This document shows positions 61,945 to 64,000 of a stretch of DNA of 64,000 nt, in pieces (position 1 is the stretch's first letter; every line of letters begins with the position of its first letter). Position numbers and translations under genes: made by a program. Origin of the DNA: Mobula hypostoma (lineage: Eukaryota); contig NC_086101.1 in NCBI RefSeq assembly GCF_963921235.1, positions 5,892,001 through 5,956,000 of the forward strand, in the 5' to 3' direction. The notes below the pieces were generated by a model. That model ran no database searches. It was not told where the DNA came from and saw nothing but the letters and a program-made list of their open reading frames with translations.

Positions 61945-63080
61945 TGTTTAGATGCATCTTGAACATCACGATCGTATCTGCTTCCACCAAGCCCCATCTC
62001 AGCCGCGCATTCCAGGAAGATACCACTCACTGTGTCCAAAAACATGCCTTCAACATCCCGGTTCAACATTGACCCTCTTCCTTTAAAGTTTTACACTTCA
62101 GGTAGTGTCCTCAGGGAGATTACACTGAGTGAGACTGTCTCATAATTAGAAGAATAAGAGGTGGTCTCACTGGCACAGACACATTCTCACAGGGTATTGA
62201 CAGGGTAGAGGCAGGAATGATGTTTCCCCTGGATGGGGTGTGGAACCAAGGGTCACAGACGCAAACTCAGGGTCACCTGAGATGAGGAATTATTTTCTCA
62301 CCCAGTGTGTGGTGAATCTTTGAAATTCTCTACAAAACATTTCTGGATTTAAGGGGAACAGTGATGATGGGATGGTGCAGGAAATTGTCACTGAGGTCAA
62401 TGATCAGCCATGTTCGGAGTGAAGGGCAGAGCAGGAGCAAGGGGCCGAATGGCCACTCCTGCTCCAGTTTCTCATTTTCTTGAAACACAAATTGATCTTT
62501 GTGTCTTTTAATTGTTTGGTCTTCAGTCTGTTGGGTTACACAGGGGAGTGGTAACCAATGCACTCTGTGTAGAGCATCCTCTGTACCCCGTGTTGACTGT
62601 ATTCACTCCACTGTCTCCAATGCATGTAACAGTATGCAGAGTTTGTTGTATTCATTGTTTTGTATCCAGTGAGAAACACGTCTGTGTCAGCACCCGGGAC
62701 ACTTCACTGCATTTACACAGCGACCGTACCAGATGTTGTTGTTTGACTGCTGCGTCCACAACTGCTGAACATAGAACATTGAACAATACAGCACAGGAAC
62801 AGGCCATTCGGCCCACAAGTCTGTGCTGAACATTGTGCCAGTTCAATCTCATCCCATCTGCCTGTACATGGTCCACAACCCTCCATTTCCTGTCTGTTCA
62901 TGAGTCTGTCTAAATGCCACTGAAATGTTGTATCTCCTTCCACCACCTCCCGGACAAAACAAACTTCTGTATAAAACAAACTTGCCTCATCGATCTATAG
63001 CGTAAAGGTGATTTTTGAATTCTATTCAGAGCAGAAGTATAACTGGGAAAGAAAGGTCCCCGTAAGGATCAAAGGATCAG

Positions 63081-63116
<36 letters not shown>

Positions 63117-63310
63117 CCATCGGAGATTAGTAAGGTCTGAATACTGCATGTGTTTAAAGTGATGATGGATAAGGAAGCTGGCAATTTTGTTGACTTTATC
63201 GGCATTTACTTTATCGTCTTATCATGAATCTGATATTCTGCTGCTTCGTAAAACCGTTGTTCATCGTTGTAAATGCCCTGAATTCAGGACTTCGCCAATT
63301 CAGCTGATCA
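61945..63310 (-). repeat. Locally duplicated block, copy C (inverted, lacks the ERV)
   Basis: Reverse complement aligns with 10890-11030, 11540-12258 and then directly 24617-24950. Confidence 0.85.
63085..63114. repeat. (GT)n microsatellite
   Basis: About 15 GT units. Confidence 0.95.
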
Positions 63311-64000
63311 TGTTTATTCATTGCAGTGTCGTTTCCAGCCGGAGGATGGAGATCTGTGCAGCTCCACCTGCTGCTGACAACCGGGACTGCAGGAAGGGCA
63401 GAAACAAAATGATGGGACTCTCAGCTGGAGCAAAGTCAAAGTAAATATACTGCCTTGAAATTAATTTTCTTGTCAGCGTTTGCAGGAAACTAAACAAATA
63501 GAATGGAATTTCAGAAAAAAATACATAATGATAAACAAGCAGCCAATGCGTAAGAGACGACAATTTGTTGAAATAGTCATCGTATACTACTACGGCACAG
63601 CAACAGGAATTTCAGTCCAGCTAGTCCATGCCGAACAGTTGGTCTACTTAATCCTATCAACGTACACCTGCACCATAGTCCTCCATATCCTTCCCAGGCA
63701 TTTCCTTATCCAAAGTTCACTTAAATATTGAAATTGGACCACTTCAAATGGTAGCTCATTATGCACTCGGATCATCCTCTGAGTGAAGACATTCTCCTTC
63801 AGATTCCCGTTAAATACTTCACCCTTAACCTATGAACTCTAGTTGTAGTGTCACCGAAACACAGTGGAAATGCCTGCAGGTATCAACCCAATATATAGAC
63901 ATAGAAGTATACAGCACAGGATGGGCCTTTCGAGCACAATGCTGAATGCTGTGCGAACCAGCTAAAAGACAAATCAAACACTAATCCCTCCTAACTACAC

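Overview
Repeat-saturated vertebrate genomic DNA, most likely a cartilaginous fish (ray or shark). This is inferred from the CR1, Rex1 and Penelope repeat mix and the shark-type TRIM exon structure. No intact host gene is evident. The window holds: (1) many nested CR1 LINEs; (2) an L1-clade element with a twin-priming-type 5' inversion and a 14-bp TSD (4672-9344); (3) a decayed class I endogenous retrovirus on the minus strand (about 12275-24617) with both LTRs, a tRNA-Ser-like PBS, a PPT and RNaseH/IN/env remnants, heavily interrupted by later insertions; (4) a HERO-like RLE retrotransposon fragment inside the ERV 3' LTR; (5) a Gypsy-type solo LTR (28924-32338) inflated by a 2.3-kb CpG-rich 42/48-bp minisatellite; (6) a six-exon TRIM/B30.2 pseudogene on the minus strand (about 47630-58085); (7) Rex1, RTE, Tx1, Penelope and Tc1 fragments; and (8) several paralogous copies of a duplicated block. 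The most striking signal is in the HERO 3' UTR. It carries all hammerhead ribozyme core nucleotides with perfect stems I and III, but in a non-circularly permuted strand order, bridged by a canonical kink-turn.
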